DNA of 26,475 nt. Origin: a virus. Its lineage: Duplodnaviria; Caudoviricetes. Every line of letters begins with the position of its first letter. Positions within the stretch are counted from its first letter, which is position 1. Below the pieces are notes generated by a model. The model was not told the DNA's origin, searched no databases, and worked only from the letters and a program-made list of their open reading frames with translations. This document shows positions 25,588 through 26,475 of this stretch, in pieces. The DNA lies in the IMG/VR virus record IMGVR_UViG_3300044676_000388, positions 1 through 26,475 of that record; one strand, 5' to 3'. The position numbers were made by a program, and so were the translations under genes.

Positions 25588-25867
25588 TTTGTACACGTTC
25601 CAGTAATATTTCTAAGTAGTGTATAGCTTTCTTTATATCTTCTACTCCGTTCTTGTCCTTCCATCTAGTAATGTATTTCACTGCGTTAGCTTCACACCAA
25701 TCCAACTTGTTAGCAATAATAAAATCTACTGGTTGTATGGCGTACCTGTTGTAGTGATCACCACCTATCTGTTTCTTGATAGCGTGATCATTGGGATGGT
25801 ATAGCCTGCCATACACTGTCTTGCTTGCTTTGTCCCACTCTTCTGGAGTTGCATCGTTAATGCTCAT
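25571..25867 (-). CDS. DUF3310 / T7 gp1.7-like (putative nucleotide kinase domain) protein
   Basis: KQIGGDHY...IQPVDFI...NAVKYITRW..KNG.EDIKKA.HYL signature. Confidence 0.82.
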   Translation of the reverse strand: MSINDATPEEWDKASKTVYGRLYHPNDHAIKKQIGGDHYNRYAIQPVDFIIANKLDWCEANAVKYITRWKDKNGVEDIKKAIHYLEILLERVQNDERN

Positions 25868-26021
25868 ACTCTTCCTCTAAATCAAACTTCCAACTGTTTG
25901 TGTTTACTTTGTCAGCAAACCTTTCAACCAACTCCTCAGAGGTAATCTCCAACGCCTCCATGATAGTGACCTCATCATAGCGTGACGCTATCCGCTCCAG
26001 TATTTCGTCAAGAGTTAGCAC
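25857..26021 (-). CDS. Small acidic hypothetical protein (54 aa)
   Basis: Track ORF 25857..26066; GTG at 26021 with a GGGGAAG RBS gives MLTLDEILERIASRYDEVTIMEALEITSEELVERF... Confidence 0.7.
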   Translation of the reverse strand: MLTLDEILERIASRYDEVTIMEALEITSEELVERFADKVNTNSWKFDLEEEYEH

Positions 26022-26475
26022 CGTACTTCCCCCGTAGGTATGACATAGACACAGGCATCTCATCAAACGTGCCGTTGTCTACTTCGTTGAACACCCACAA
26101 ACCAGACCATGATCCGTTAGTCTGTGGGTTTAAATACTCTTCATCATGCTGATAGAAGATACCAGCAAACAGAGAGGTCATTCTTTTTCCTGCTGCGTTT
26201 CTGTCAAAGGCAATGTCTCTGTCTTGTACATGTCCCATGACGCATGACATATGTTTCTTTTGGAGCAGTAGCTTTGCATTCGTGACTGGGCGGCCCATAA
26301 CACCGCTAGTAAAAAAGTGACAATAAGCAATGCCATCCACAAGGACAGGCTGAAGATACGGAAAAACTTCCCAACCCCGCAAGTTAAGATCTTCATAGCT
26401 CATCAGTCCTTCTAGCTTGGCATCGTTCTCGACTGCACGTTCTATTCGTTGTTCGTGATTACCGATAGTAAAGAT
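26008..26475 (-). CDS. Calcineurin-like metallophosphoesterase, 5'-truncated by window edge
   Basis: The frame is open to the window edge: IFTIGNHEQRIERAVEND... (GNHE motif), then YCH and MGHVQ metal-binding-type motifs. Confidence 0.85.
   Translation of the reverse strand: MFTIGNHEQRIERAVENDAKLEGLMSYEDLNLRGWEVFPYLQPVLVDGIAYCHFFTSGVMGRPVTNAKLLLQKKHMSCVMGHVQDRDIAFDRNAAGKRMTSLFAGIFYQHDEEYLNPQTNGSWSGLWVFNEVDNGTFDEMPVSMSYLRGKYGANS

Noticed and set aside
421-26396. Other short alternate-frame or antisense ORFs in the track
   Set aside because: They are nested in well-supported genes and have no recognisable motifs.

Overview
This window is a 26.5-kb segment of a tailed dsDNA bacteriophage genome of podovirus type, with two convergent arms. 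The gene set and layout resemble marine SIO1/Cobavirus-like (Zobellviridae-like) phages; this is inferred from gene content, not from a search. The + arm (1-23466) is a morphogenesis region. In order it encodes: the 3' end of a glutaredoxin, terminase large subunit, portal, four tiny very basic proteins, a consensus sigma70 promoter, a Zn-ribbon protein, scaffold, major capsid protein with terminator, a 1702-aa tail fibre/adhesin with 20 beta-propeller blades, three membrane/holin-like genes, a poly-Asp protein, tail adaptor and nozzle, and three internal virion proteins, the largest with a lytic-transglycosylase-like N-terminus. The - arm (23461-26475) encodes a class II (B12-dependent) ribonucleotide reductase, a DUF3310-like protein, a metallophosphoesterase (partial) and two small unknowns. 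Several probable small ORFs are missing from the ORF track. The best candidate for an undescribed system is the Lys/Arg-rich mini-protein cassette at 3556-4312, in which three proteins each carry exactly two Cys. It may act with the late-region glutaredoxin and the poly-Asp protein as a protamine-like DNA condensation/release module (hypothesis only). No tRNA, rRNA, CRISPR array, integrase or transposase was seen.
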